A stretch of 64,000 nt of DNA from NCBI GenBank assembly GCA_963761035.1, contig CAVXFH010000002.1, forward strand, positions 1,215,017 to 1,279,016, read 5' to 3'. Positions 1-7,661 of this stretch are shown piece by piece. The DNA is from an uncultured Gammaproteobacteria bacterium. GTDB lineage: Bacteria; Pseudomonadota; Gammaproteobacteria; DRLM01. The position numbers were made by a program, and so were the translations under genes. Positions within the stretch are counted from its first letter, which is position 1; the number at the start of each line of letters is the position of its first letter. The notes beneath the pieces were generated by a model. That model made no database searches and had not been told where the DNA came from. It was given only the letters and a program-made list of their open reading frames with translations.

Positions 1-1
1 T

Positions 2-334
2 AATAAAAACCAAGCGGTTCAACTTTTTCTTTCGCTTTTGGTTCCACACAATGACTTTTACAACGTCTTTATAAAACTCACCCGTTGCATTCTTGCCCGA
101 AACCTTAAACTCATAAACCGTATTGGTTTCTGTGTCCAATATGTCAATTTTCTGGTCGAGGTCTGGCGCGACCAGAGCCTCGATTTGGTAGCGATCTGGA
201 TCGAGGGTGTGTACGGCAGAGCGCCATGCTTTGGCTATGGCCTGTGCATTACGAGTGTTATCAGAGACATCGTTATTGTCTTGGAGCCTTTGTTTGAAGG
301 CTACCTGGGCTGCTTGGATGATTGGATCGCTCAT
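2..334 (-). CDS. Cassette-encoded hypothetical protein, partial (runs off the window edge); possible PD-(D/E)XK nuclease-like motif
   Basis: My own translation of the minus strand gives MSDPIIQAAQVAFKQRLQDNNDVSDNTRNAQAIAKAWRSAVHTLDPDRYQIEALVAPDLDQKIDILDTETNTVYEFKVSGKNATGEFYKDVVKVIVWNQKRKKK... with no stop before position 1, which is why it is absent from the ORF track. The ATG is at 334-332, 13 bp inside the cassette boundary. The D..(n)..EFK pattern is only a weak hint of a nuclease fold. Confidence 0.45.
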   Translation of the reverse strand, partial: MSDPIIQAAQVAFKQRLQDNNDVSDNTRNAQAIAKAWRSAVHTLDPDRYQIEALVAPDLDQKIDILDTETNTVYEFKVSGKNATGEFYKDVVKVIVWNQKRKKKLNRLVFI

Positions 335-340
335 AGAAAC

Positions 341-417
341 GGCTAACGATCACAATAAGACGCGCCGCGGAGCGGCGTCGCAGTGCGCAAAGCGCACGAC
401 TTGATTGAGTTGTTAGG
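341..417 (-). other. attC recombination site (cassette 4 | cassette 5 boundary)
   Basis: GGCTAAC at 341-347 and GTTAGGT at 411-417 flank an imperfect palindrome with an internal GTGCGCAAAGCGCAC hairpin. Length is 77 bp. Confidence 0.6.
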
Positions 418-437
418 TAAGTCATATGAGATGTTCC

Positions 438-809
438 TCACAACCTGCATATAAGACCTCCAAGGGTGGCGAAGCCCATCGAGACAAGCCCACTGAGCAA
501 TGCTGAAAAAGCAAAGCTTCGGGCCTCTGGCTTGTCTTTCCAATCTGGGTGGTTCCAATTTGTCGCCATCTTAAGGGCTAACCAACCAATCATAGCCGTA
601 CCAGCACCAGTCAGGTTTACACCTACAACAACAGTGAAAAAGCATCTTTCAACTAAACCTGTGACTTCCGGCGGAACGCGCTTTGAGTTGGTTTCACTAA
701 GCGCAGTCTTCTCATCTAGGTCTATGCGAGAACGCAACCAATCTTTGAAATATTGCGTACCGAAGTGCCCTACCAAGAGGGAAAATAATAAACCTAATAT
801 CCACCACAT
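438..809 (-). CDS. Cassette-encoded membrane protein (about 4 predicted TM helices), unknown function
   Basis: 123-aa ORF with hydrophobic segments. ATG at 809 lies 16 bp inside the cassette boundary (ACCTAAC at 819-825). Confidence 0.5.
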   Translation of the reverse strand: MWWILGLLFSLLVGHFGTQYFKDWLRSRIDLDEKTALSETNSKRVPPEVTGLVERCFFTVVVGVNLTGAGTAMIGWLALKMATNWNHPDWKDKPEARSFAFSALLSGLVSMGFATLGGLICRL

Positions 810-818
810 GACTGATCT

Positions 819-914
819 ACCTAACGTTCGACGTAACCGGCCGGCGGAGGCCGAAGGCCGGAGCGAACCTGCAAGCGCAGCTTGCAGGCGGTCCGATTGA
901 CGGAGGGGTTGGGC
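819..914 (-). other. attC recombination site (cassette 3 | cassette 4 boundary)
   Basis: ACCTAAC at 819-825 and GTTGGGC at 908-914. Perfect internal palindrome CCTGCAAGCGCAGCTTGCAGG. Length is 96 bp. Confidence 0.6.
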
Positions 915-933
915 GTTGAGTGGGCCGGGGGAG

Positions 934-1368
934 CTACTTCAGCAGCCATATTAGTGAGCGAGCCAGCAAGGCGCCAAAGGTGAGACCGCCGCTAACGGCG
1001 AACAGATGATGCCACCAACGCGAAGTACGCGCGACGGAAACTCTCGCTTTCATTCGAGCAGCGCGCACTATTTCCACCCTGGTTGTGAAATCTGCAGCGG
1101 TGCGAGTTGCATCTTTGTCGATGGGCGGTAGAAGTACAAGAGACAGCGCGACAAAGGCACCAACTATGACGAGTGCGGCGAGCGCCAAAGTCGGGATGTG
1201 CAAGAGCGGGGAAAGGGAACCCGTGATTGCGCCGGGCTCCATGAACACGGCGGACAGCAGGTATGCGACAACGGCACCAGCCATCGCCGTATCTAGCGGC
1301 GTTTGCGGTGAGCGAAAGAGCTGAACAGTACGCGACACGATCTTACGACGCCCAACGCTCACAATCAC
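934..1368 (-). CDS. Cassette-encoded membrane protein, unknown function. The true start is probably the internal ATG at 1284, because the cassette boundary lies at 1355/1356
   Basis: Hydrophobic ORF. The track start at 1368 is a GTG outside the inferred cassette boundary. Confidence 0.4.
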   Translation of the reverse strand: MIVSVGRRKIVSRTVQLFRSPQTPLDTAMAGAVVAYLLSAVFMEPGAITGSLSPLLHIPTLALAALVIVGAFVALSLVLLPPIDKDATRTAADFTTRVEIVRAARMKARVSVARTSRWWHHLFAVSGGLTFGALLARSLIWLLK

Positions 1369-1432
1369 CGGCTGGTTTGGAGCGGCAGAGCGAAGCGGCG
1401 CCGCGTAATACCAGTCCGGTGGATTGTGTTGT
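1350..1432 (-). other. attC recombination site (cassette 2 | cassette 3 boundary)
   Basis: GCCCAAC at 1350-1356 and GTTAGCC at 1426-1432. Inverted repeats ACAATCACCGGCTGG / CCAGTCCGGTGGATTGT carry single unpaired bases, which resemble the extrahelical bases of attC sites. Confidence 0.5.
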
Positions 1433-1443
1433 TAGCCGTGTTT

Positions 1444-2007
1444 TTAAAACCATGGTTGCGCTTCCAACGCCTTGCGTAGCGAAGTTTCAACAAATGTAGG
1501 CGTGCGCCAAACGTACTCCGCCGCCTTTGCCTTTCCTTCACTGTCGAGGGATTGAATGTGACAAAGCGCGGCCTCGACTGAGAATGGCTTTTTGCATTTA
1601 CTCTTCGTTTGAAAGTTACTTTCCAGATCTGTCCAAATAACAACATCGATCTTTTTCTCTGACGCCCAATCTTGGATCGATTTTAGTACTTCTTCATCCC
1701 GTGCTTGTTTTCGAGAATTGTCGGCGAAGCAGAAACCGACATTTTTCAGTGTGGTTCCTTCCCGGCTTCGAACATCACAGATGGCGTCATCTGGATTATT
1801 GCGTTTGCTAAATGCGTATGCGACTTGACACGGCACTCCATACTTGGAATCCAGAACAAGGGTCAAAGCGGCAAATCTTGTTTGGGACACACGGGAAAAC
1901 TCGATCTTTAAGCTCGGGCCGTCAAACTGCCAATCCTCATGCTGTTCATCAAATTCGGGGCGTTTGTCCCAGAGCAATGACCCCCACCCCAGAATTGCGA
2001 TCTTCAA
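1444..2007 (-). CDS. Cassette-encoded cytoplasmic protein, possibly gamma-glutamyl cyclotransferase/ChaC-like fold
   Basis: 187-aa ORF. N-terminal ILGWGSLLWD resembles the YGSL glycine-rich loop of GGCT/ChaC/AIG2-like proteins. TTG start is preceded by a strong AAGGAG RBS at 7-nt spacing. Fold assignment is tentative. Confidence 0.5.
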   Translation of the reverse strand: MKIAILGWGSLLWDKRPEFDEQHEDWQFDGPSLKIEFSRVSQTRFAALTLVLDSKYGVPCQVAYAFSKRNNPDDAICDVRSREGTTLKNVGFCFADNSRKQARDEEVLKSIQDWASEKKIDVVIWTDLESNFQTKSKCKKPFSVEAALCHIQSLDSEGKAKAAEYVWRTPTFVETSLRKALEAQPWF

Positions 2008-2023
2008 TGGTGACTCCTTATAC

Positions 2024-2083
2024 GGCTAACGATAAAGCTCAGCCGCCGCGCTGTTTGCGGTCGGCTGCAGCGTATGGTTAGGG
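2024..2083 (-). other. attC recombination site (cassette 1 | cassette 2 boundary)
   Basis: GGCTAAC at 2024-2030 and GTTAGGG at 2077-2083, with an imperfect internal palindrome (GCTCAGCCG...CGGCTGCAGC). The stop codon of the 2078..2335 ORF lies inside the right-hand core, as is typical for cassettes. Confidence 0.6.
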
Positions 2084-2335
2084 GCGTCTTCTCTTGCCCC
2101 AACGCCACCCCAGTGGCTCACCCTTGAGCCAAGCAATGGCCGTAACTCCGACACCAAGGGCTAGAAAGTAAACTGTAAAAGCTACTGAATCGTGTCCTGG
2201 CGGAAAGAGGAATATGCCTGCCAGTACTAGCAGCGCAAAGCAAATCATCACAACATAGCCTTGCCAGGTACGAGGCAGTCCCCAACCCCAACCATACCGC
2301 TTAGCTGGAAACCAGTACTTAGGATCCTGAGTCAT
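2078..2335 (-). CDS. First cassette: small 2-TM membrane protein (KYWFPAKRYGWGWG N-terminus), unknown function
   Basis: 85-aa ORF. GAGGTGG RBS. ATG at 2335 lies 30 bp inside the attI-proximal crossover point. Confidence 0.5.
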   Translation of the reverse strand: MTQDPKYWFPAKRYGWGWGLPRTWQGYVVMICFALLVLAGIFLFPPGHDSVAFTVYFLALGVGVTAIAWLKGEPLGWRWGKRRRP

Positions 2336-2359
2336 AAAATTTCCACCTCGAACGAGTGC

Positions 2360-2440
2360 ACCTAACAGTGATTAGACAGCATATGGCTGTGTTTAAACAC
2401 AGACCTTTGCGGTATAGCACTCATTGGTAACCTCCCCACT
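2360..2440 (-). other. attI-like primary recombination site region (core ACCTAAC at 2360-2366)
   Basis: The first GTTRRRY-type core (minus strand GTTAGGT) lies between the first cassette and the intI 5' end. The extent toward intI is approximate. Confidence 0.45.
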
Positions 2441-2443
2441 TCT

Positions 2444-3279
2444 TTGACTTTATTGAGTTATGGTTTATGCTTGTGTTGCATATACCGCATTTCCGCCACC
2501 GCAATGCCAAGGAGGGCAATGATGGCGAAATCACCCTTGCTTGAGCGCCTGCGTGAAGCAATTCGCGTTCGTCACTATAGTATCCGTACGGAACGGAGCT
2601 ACGTCCAGTGGGTTAAACGATTCATCCTGTTTCACGACAAACGGCACCCGGCCGAGATGGGCGCTGTAGAAATCTCAGCCTACCTTACGCACTTGGCCGT
2701 GGCGCGAAAAGTCTCCGCTTCTACCCAAAATCAAGCCCTTAATGCGCTCAACTTCTTCTACCGCAATGTCCTTGAGCGGGATATGGGAAACTTGGAGGGC
2801 GTGGTTATGGCAAAACGTCCTCAGCGCCTGCCGGTGGTTCTGACTCGGCAAGAGGTAGAGTCCGTATTGCGCTACCTAAAGGGCGACAACTGGCTAATGG
2901 CTGCCTTGATGTATGGATCGGGCCTACGGCTCATGGAATGTCTGCGGCTGCGCGTGAAAGATGTGGATTTCGGTTATCAGCAGATTTTGATTCGCGACGG
3001 TAAAGGGCAAAAGGATCGGGTCGTGCCCTTCCCCAAGCGTTTGGCAGAGGCGCTGCGGGGACATTTACAACAGGTGCGGCAGGCTTACAAAAACGCGTGA
3101 ATTGCCACGCGCTGCGCCACAGCTTTGCGACGCATTTGTTGGAGTCAGGTTACGATATTCGCACTGTGCGGGAGCTGCTTGGCCATGCCGATGTGTCGAC
3201 GACCATGATCTACACTCATGTCTTGAACCGCGGCGGGCGCGGGGTGTTCAGCCCGCTTGATCAGCGGCCGGCCGGGTGA
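2444..3279 (+). pseudogene. intI: Integron integrase intI, inactivated by an internal ~225-bp deletion plus frameshift (fragments 2444..3100 and 3097..3279)
   Basis: Fragment 1 (RHYSIRTERSYVQWVKRFILFH...LPVVLTRQEVESVL...GSGLRLMECLRLRVKDVDF...[10 protein letters not shown]...QAYKNA*) aligns from memory to IntI1/VchIntIA residues about 10-200. Fragment 2 ([41 protein letters not shown]...GVFSPLD) aligns to the C-terminal box II/tyrosine region. About 75 aa between them are missing, and the fragments are in different frames. The missing part includes the IntI-specific extra domain. Confidence 0.8.
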
Positions 3280-3302
3280 TGAGGCATTGAGCTAGCGCTT
3301 TC

Positions 3303-3349
3303 ATCGTTTCTATCCCTCACCCCTACCCCTCTCCCGGCGGGAGAGGGGT
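3303..3349. repeat. REP-like palindromic element (CCCTCTCCC-N-GGGAGAGGG type), copy 1
   Basis: The string CCCTCACCCCTACCCCTCTCCCGGCGGGAGAGGGG is seen directly. Related copies occur at 6858-6990, 18665-18835 and 22962-23115. Confidence 0.6.
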
Positions 3350-3459
3350 TTCTGAATACGCTATTTGCGCGCCCTGGGGAGGTTTTGCAAATGCAGTCGT
3401 TGCTGTCAGCTATGCGGCAAGTCGGTATACTTCCCCTTCGCCTATAGCTTGGAAGTCCC

Positions 3460-5526
3460 ATGTCCAACCTGCTCGCCCAGGAGACCAGTCCCTATTTGTT
3501 GCAGCACGCCGAGAATCCGGTGGCGTGGCATCCCTGGAACGCGGCGGCCCTGGCGGCGGCGCGGCGCGACGACAAGCCGATCCTGCTCTCCATCGGTTAT
3601 TCCGCCTGCCATTGGTGCCATGTCATGGCCCACGAGTCCTTCGAGGATCCGGCTACGGCGGCGGTGATGAACGAGCTGTTCGTCAATATCAAGGTCGATC
3701 GGGAAGAACGCCCCGATCTCGACAAGATCTATCAGCTCGCCCATCAGATTCTCACCGGGCGCGGCGGCGGCTGGCCCTTGACGGTGTTTCTCACGCCCCA
3801 GGATCTGGTGCCCTATTTCGCCGGGACCTATTTTCCCAAGACCGCCCGCTACGGCATGGCGCCGTTCACCGAGGTGTTGCGCCAGGTCGCCGGCTTCTAT
3901 CGCGAGCGGCCCGGCGACATCGCCGAGCAGCACGGCCGCCTGCTGGAGGTCTTGCAGCGTCTCAGCGCCGCGGCGCGCAACGACGCGCCCTTCGATGCCG
4001 CGCCCCTGGATATCGCGCGCAATCAACTGGCCACCAGCTACGACGCCGATCACGGCGGCTTCGGCGCCGCCCCCAAGTTTCCCCATCCCACCCACATCGA
4101 ACGCCTGCTGCACCATTGGGCCTCGACCGCCGCCGCGGGCCATCCCGATCACGGCGCGCTGGACATGGCGCGCACCACCTTGATCAAGATGGCCGACGGC
4201 GGCATCTACGATCAATTGGGCGGCGGGTTCTGCCGCTACGCGGTGGACGCGCAGTGGATGATCCCGCACTTCGAAAAGATGCTCTACGACAACGGCCCGC
4301 TGCTCGCCCTCTATGCCCAGGCGTGGCAGATCGGCGGCGACGCCTTGTTCGAGCGCATCGTCCGGGAAACCGCGGAGTGGGCGATGCGCGACATGCAGTC
4401 GCCGCGGGGCGGCTACTATGCGTCGCTGGATGCGGATTCGGAACATGAGGAAGGCAAGTTCTACGCCTGGACGCCGGAAGAAGTGCGGGCAGTGCTGGAC
4501 GAGGCCGACTATCCCCTGTTCGCCCACCGCTTCGGCCTGGACCGCGAGCCCAATTTCGAGGACAAGTGGCATCTACATGTGTTCCAGGGTTTGCGCGCCC
4601 TGTCCCAGGAATTCTCCCTGCCCATCGACGCCATCATCACCCGCATCGATGCGTCGCGCCGCCGACTGTTCAAGGCGCGGCAGCAACGCGTGCATCCCGG
4701 CCGCGACGAAAAGATTCTCACCGGTTGGAACGGGCTGATGATCAAGGGCATGGCCGTCGCCGGCCGCGTATTGCATGAGCCCGCCTATCTCGCCGCGGCG
4801 GAACGCGCCCTGGATTTCATTCGCTCCACCTTGTGGCAGGACGGCCGTTTGCTGGCCGTCTATAAGGACGGACGCGCGCGCTTCAACGCCTATCTCGACG
4901 ATTACGTGTTCGTCATCGACGCCATCCTCGCGCTGTTGCAGGCGCGCTGGCGCGACGGCGATCTCGATTTCGCCGTCGCCCTGGCCGACGCGGTGCTCGC
5001 GCATTTCGAAGATAAAGACCAGGGCGGCTTCTACTTCACCGCCGACGATCATGAGCCATTGATCCATCGCCCCAAGCCGCTGACCGACGAGGCCACGCCC
5101 TCCGGCAACGGCGTGGCGGCGACGGTGCTGGGGCGCCTGGGCCACATAATGGGCGAGACGCGCTACCTCGATGCGGCGGAGCGCGGTCTGCGCGCGGCGT
5201 GGAGCGCGGTCGCGGAATTGCCCTATGCCCATGATTCGCTGTTGGCCGCCCTGGAGGATCAGCTCTATCCGCCGCAACTGATCGTGGTGCGCGGCGAAGG
5301 GGCCGCGCTTAAAGACTGGCAAGCGCGTATCGACCGCCACTATGCGCCGCGGCGCATCAGCCTCGCCATTCCCAATCACGTTATGCGACTTGCCGGCACC
5401 CTGGGCCACTGCGCGCCGCGCGGCGCGATCTGCGCCTATGTGTGCAGCGGCACCAGTTGTTCGGCGCCGATCACCGAACTCGGCGAACTGGAAACCCGGC
5501 TGGCGGAAACCGAGGCGCGGGCATGA
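3460..5526 (+). CDS. Thioredoxin-domain protein (YyaL/DUF255 family; thioredoxin-like N-terminus plus six-hairpin glycosidase-like domain)
   Basis: 688 aa. N-terminal ...PVAWHPW...[21 protein letters not shown]... motif is typical of COG1331/YyaL. Confidence 0.8.
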   Translation: MSNLLAQETSPYLLQHAENPVAWHPWNAAALAAARRDDKPILLSIGYSACHWCHVMAHESFEDPATAAVMNELFVNIKVDREERPDLDKIYQLAHQILTGRGGGWPLTVFLTPQDLVPYFAGTYFPKTARYGMAPFTEVLRQVAGFYRERPGDIAEQHGRLLEVLQRLSAAARNDAPFDAAPLDIARNQLATSYDADHGGFGAAPKFPHPTHIERLLHHWASTAAAGHPDHGALDMARTTLIKMADGGIYDQLGGGFCRYAVDAQWMIPHFEKMLYDNGPLLALYAQAWQIGGDALFERIVRETAEWAMRDMQSPRGGYYASLDADSEHEEGKFYAWTPEEVRAVLDEADYPLFAHRFGLDREPNFEDKWHLHVFQGLRALSQEFSLPIDAIITRIDASRRRLFKARQQRVHPGRDEKILTGWNGLMIKGMAVAGRVLHEPAYLAAAERALDFIRSTLWQDGRLLAVYKDGRARFNAYLDDYVFVIDAILALLQARWRDGDLDFAVALADAVLAHFEDKDQGGFYFTADDHEPLIHRPKPLTDEATPSGNGVAATVLGRLGHIMGETRYLDAAERGLRAAWSAVAELPYAHDSLLAALEDQLYPPQLIVVRGEGAALKDWQARIDRHYAPRRISLAIPNHVMRLAGTLGHCAPRGAICAYVCSGTSCSAPITELGELETRLAETEARA

Positions 5527-6848
5527 CGCCTTCTCCTGTTCGCAAATTATCGCCGCGTTCAAGTGCGATGTTGGCGGCGATCACTTTGTTGATGATGATC
5601 GCCTTCCACTCCGCCGGCGCCGCCCCATCGCCAAACCCCTGGCTGCAAACCTCCCCGTTGCTCGCGCCGCGTTCCGGCGCCGGCGTTCTTGAAGTCAACG
5701 GCGTCATCTACGCCATCGCCGGTATCGACGGCAAGCAGTTTCTGCGCAGCAGCGAATACAGCGCCATTCATGACGACGGTACCCTCGCCGCGTGGCGGGC
5801 CGGCAGCGAACTCAATGAAGCGCGCGGCTTCTTCGGCGTGGCGGCTCATGGGGGTTTCCTCTACGCGGTGGGCGGCGGCAACGGTCCCAGCGGTCACCAT
5901 CTGTTGCGCAGCGTGGAACGCGCCGCCGTTCGCGCCGACGGCAGTCTCGGTCCGTGGCGGGAAACGCAACAGCTCAATCTGCCGCGGCGCTGCGCCAAGG
6001 TCGTGGCCTCGGGCGACTATCTTTACGCCATCGGCGGTTTCGGCGGCGCCTTGCTGGATTCCGTGGAACGGGCGCGTTTCAACGGCGACGGCAGTCTCGG
6101 CCCGTGGGAGATGCTCCCGGACAAACTCACCCGGCCCCGCTACATCCACGCCGAGGCGGAAGTGAACGGCCGTCTCTATATTGTGGGCGGGCATGCCGAG
6201 CAGGGCGGCATGGGCGAGGCCGCCGTGGAATTCACCGCGCTGAGCAAGGAGAAGGATCTGTCGTCATGGCACGGCACCGCCGCCCTGATACAGGGACGTT
6301 ACGGTCTGGCCGCGGCCAGCCACGGCGATTACCTCTACGCCCTGGGCGGCATGAGCGGCGCGACCTTCTACGATGTCATCGAAAAAAATCACGTCGACGC
6401 CGACGGCGCGCTGGGCGTATGGCACGACACGACACCGCTCCCCGCGCCGCTGGCGGACCTGGGCGTCGTCGTCTATGGCGATTGGATGTATGTCATAGGC
6501 GGCACCAGCCCCAAGGGGTATTTCAATAGCGTGTACTACGCCCGCATCGACAAGCGCGGCGATCCGGCGCCGGCCGCGGCGGGCAACGCGCCGCGCCGGC
6601 CGCGCCGGTCAACCGCGTGGAACTGCCCAACGGCGGCACGGTCATGCAGTCGCTGGAAGGCGGGACCTATATCTATCTGGAAGTGGATACCGGCGCAGGC
6701 AAGGAGTGGCTGGCCGCCGCCCATGCCGACATCGCGGCGGGCGATCACATCCGCTACAGCGACGGTATCTGGATGCGGGATTTTTTCAGCAAGTACCTGC
6801 AGCGGCGCTTCGCCGCCATCCGTTTCGTGGGTAATCTGGAAAAGGTGA
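5523..6848 (+). CDS. Secreted Kelch-repeat beta-propeller protein. Its 3' part is probably frameshifted (see 6617..6859)
   Basis: Signal peptide, then six repeats of hydrophobic-Y-A-hGG-x-G ([48 protein letters not shown]). The last ~85 aa in this frame are W/S/P-rich nonsense, while the -1 frame looks protein-like. The ATGA overlaps the stop of the upstream gene. Confidence 0.65.
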   Translation: MTPSPVRKLSPRSSAMLAAITLLMMIAFHSAGAAPSPNPWLQTSPLLAPRSGAGVLEVNGVIYAIAGIDGKQFLRSSEYSAIHDDGTLAAWRAGSELNEARGFFGVAAHGGFLYAVGGGNGPSGHHLLRSVERAAVRADGSLGPWRETQQLNLPRRCAKVVASGDYLYAIGGFGGALLDSVERARFNGDGSLGPWEMLPDKLTRPRYIHAEAEVNGRLYIVGGHAEQGGMGEAAVEFTALSKEKDLSSWHGTAALIQGRYGLAAASHGDYLYALGGMSGATFYDVIEKNHVDADGALGVWHDTTPLPAPLADLGVVVYGDWMYVIGGTSPKGYFNSVYYARIDKRGDPAPAAAGNAPRRPRRSTAWNCPTAARSCSRWKAGPISIWKWIPAQARSGWPPPMPTSRRAITSATATVSGCGIFSASTCSGASPPSVSWVIWKR

Positions 6849-6859
6849 CGGCGGAGTAG
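6617..6859 (+). CDS. Probable displaced C-terminal domain of the Kelch protein (alternative frame), or an independent small ORF
   Basis: The frame starting ...[87 protein letters not shown] has normal composition. It overlaps the nonsense tail of the 5523..6848 frame. Confidence 0.4.
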   Translation: MELPNGGTVMQSLEGGTYIYLEVDTGAGKEWLAAAHADIAAGDHIRYSDGIWMRDFFSKYLQRRFAAIRFVGNLEKVTAE

Positions 6860-6990
6860 TTCTTTGCTTCCCTCTCCCTTCGGGATTTATGCCCTGCAGG
6901 GTAGAGGGATCGAGGGTGAGGGCGCATCGAGGAGAACCAAGCCCCCTCACCCCTGCCCCTCTCCCACAGGGAGAGGGGTGAAACCTTCAA
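6858..6990. repeat. REP-like palindromic elements, two tandem units (copy 2)
   Basis: TTCCCTCTCCCTTCGGGATTTATGCCCTGCAGGGTAGAGGGATCGAGGGTGAGG ... CCCCTCACCCCTGCCCCTCTCCCACAGGGAGAGGGG. The first unit is near-identical to a unit at 18700-18760. Confidence 0.65.
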
Positions 6991-7469
6991 TCGCGGAAGT
7001 TATTGAACTGCAGCGGCAACTCCAACTTCTCCTTGCGCAGCATGGCGATGACCTCCTGCAAGTCGTCGCGCTTCTTGCCCGTCACCCGCACCTTGTCGCC
7101 CTGAATGGCGGCCTGCACCTTGAGCTTGGCGTCCTTGATGCGTTTGACGATGTCCCTCGCCAGCTTGCCCTCCAGGCCCTGGCGCAATATCACCGTCTGC
7201 CGCGCCTGATTAAGCGCGATCTCCGGGTCCTTGGCCTCCAGGCAGGCGATATCCACGCTGCGCCGCGCCAGCTTGTCCTTGAGGATGTCCATCATCTGCT
7301 TCAACTGAAAATCCACTTGGGCGAACAGGGTGATCTCCGCCTCCTTGCGTTCAAAGCGGGCATCGCTGCCCTTGAAGTCGAAACGGGTGGTCACCTCGCG
7401 GTTGGCCTGATCCACCGCGTTGGTCACCTCGTGCATATCCACTTCCGACACTACGTCGAATGATGGCAT
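6987..7469 (-). CDS. yajQ: YajQ family (UPF0234) nucleotide/c-di-GMP-binding protein
   Basis: [26 protein letters not shown]... is the canonical YajQ N-terminus. The ORF-track start at 7571 is an upstream extension. Confidence 0.8.
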   Translation of the reverse strand: MPSFDVVSEVDMHEVTNAVDQANREVTTRFDFKGSDARFERKEAEITLFAQVDFQLKQMMDILKDKLARRSVDIACLEAKDPEIALNQARQTVILRQGLEGKLARDIVKRIKDAKLKVQAAIQGDKVRVTGKKRDDLQEVIAMLRKEKLELPLQFNNFRD

Positions 7470-7661
7470 GATCTTTCCTTCTGACTGCAATTCAGGAGAG
7501 ACTCTACAGAACGGCCTTTTAAGCCGCAAGACTGGATGGACGGAAACCATCGCCAGGCGGATTCCCGACAAAAACGCCGCGTTGTGCGGTTGATAGCGGT
7601 GGGTTTATATTCCCCGTATCATGAATTTTTCATTTTTTAAGGCCGAGGGGAGACCGGATTA

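Larger units (their letters stand above)
1..3279. mobile_element. Chromosomal integron: attI-like site, at least five attC-bounded gene cassettes on the minus strand, and an inactivated integron-integrase gene (intI)
   Basis: Five sites (2360-2366, 2024-2030, 1350-1356, 819-825, 341-347) have RYYYAAC on the plus strand, i.e. GTTRRRY on the minus strand. Each lies 10-30 bp upstream of a minus-strand ORF start. Each cassette ends in a 55-95 bp imperfect palindrome whose far end is GTTRRRY (attC-like). The adjacent, divergently oriented ORF fragments align to integron integrases from memory. GC is locally lower than in the rest of the window. Confidence 0.75.

Noticed and set aside
38-346. 102-aa plus-strand ORF at the left edge
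   Set aside because: It lies antisense to the better-behaved open minus-strand cassette ORF (2..334). Its sequence (C/W/F-rich, no motif) looks like shadow translation. Cassette genes here are uniformly on the minus strand.
2444-3279. Calling 2444..3100 and 3097..3279 as two separate small recombinase genes
   Set aside because: Together they reconstitute one integron integrase minus an internal segment. The second fragment starts mid-domain ([10 protein letters not shown]...) and cannot be an independent gene.
3442-4572. 376-aa minus-strand ORF, plus several 60-300-aa alternative-frame ORFs (3525..4448, 4313..4738, 4573..5562 and others) overlapping the YyaL gene
   Set aside because: These are typical GC-rich shadow ORFs with R/A/G/P-dominated, low-complexity translations. 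They fully overlap a gene that has clear family motifs.
6617-6859. Treating the 80-aa ORF as a confidently independent gene
   Set aside because: Its reading frame stays open upstream to 6530 across the Kelch gene tail, and it has no obvious RBS. A frameshifted C-terminal domain is the more economical reading, although independence is not excluded.
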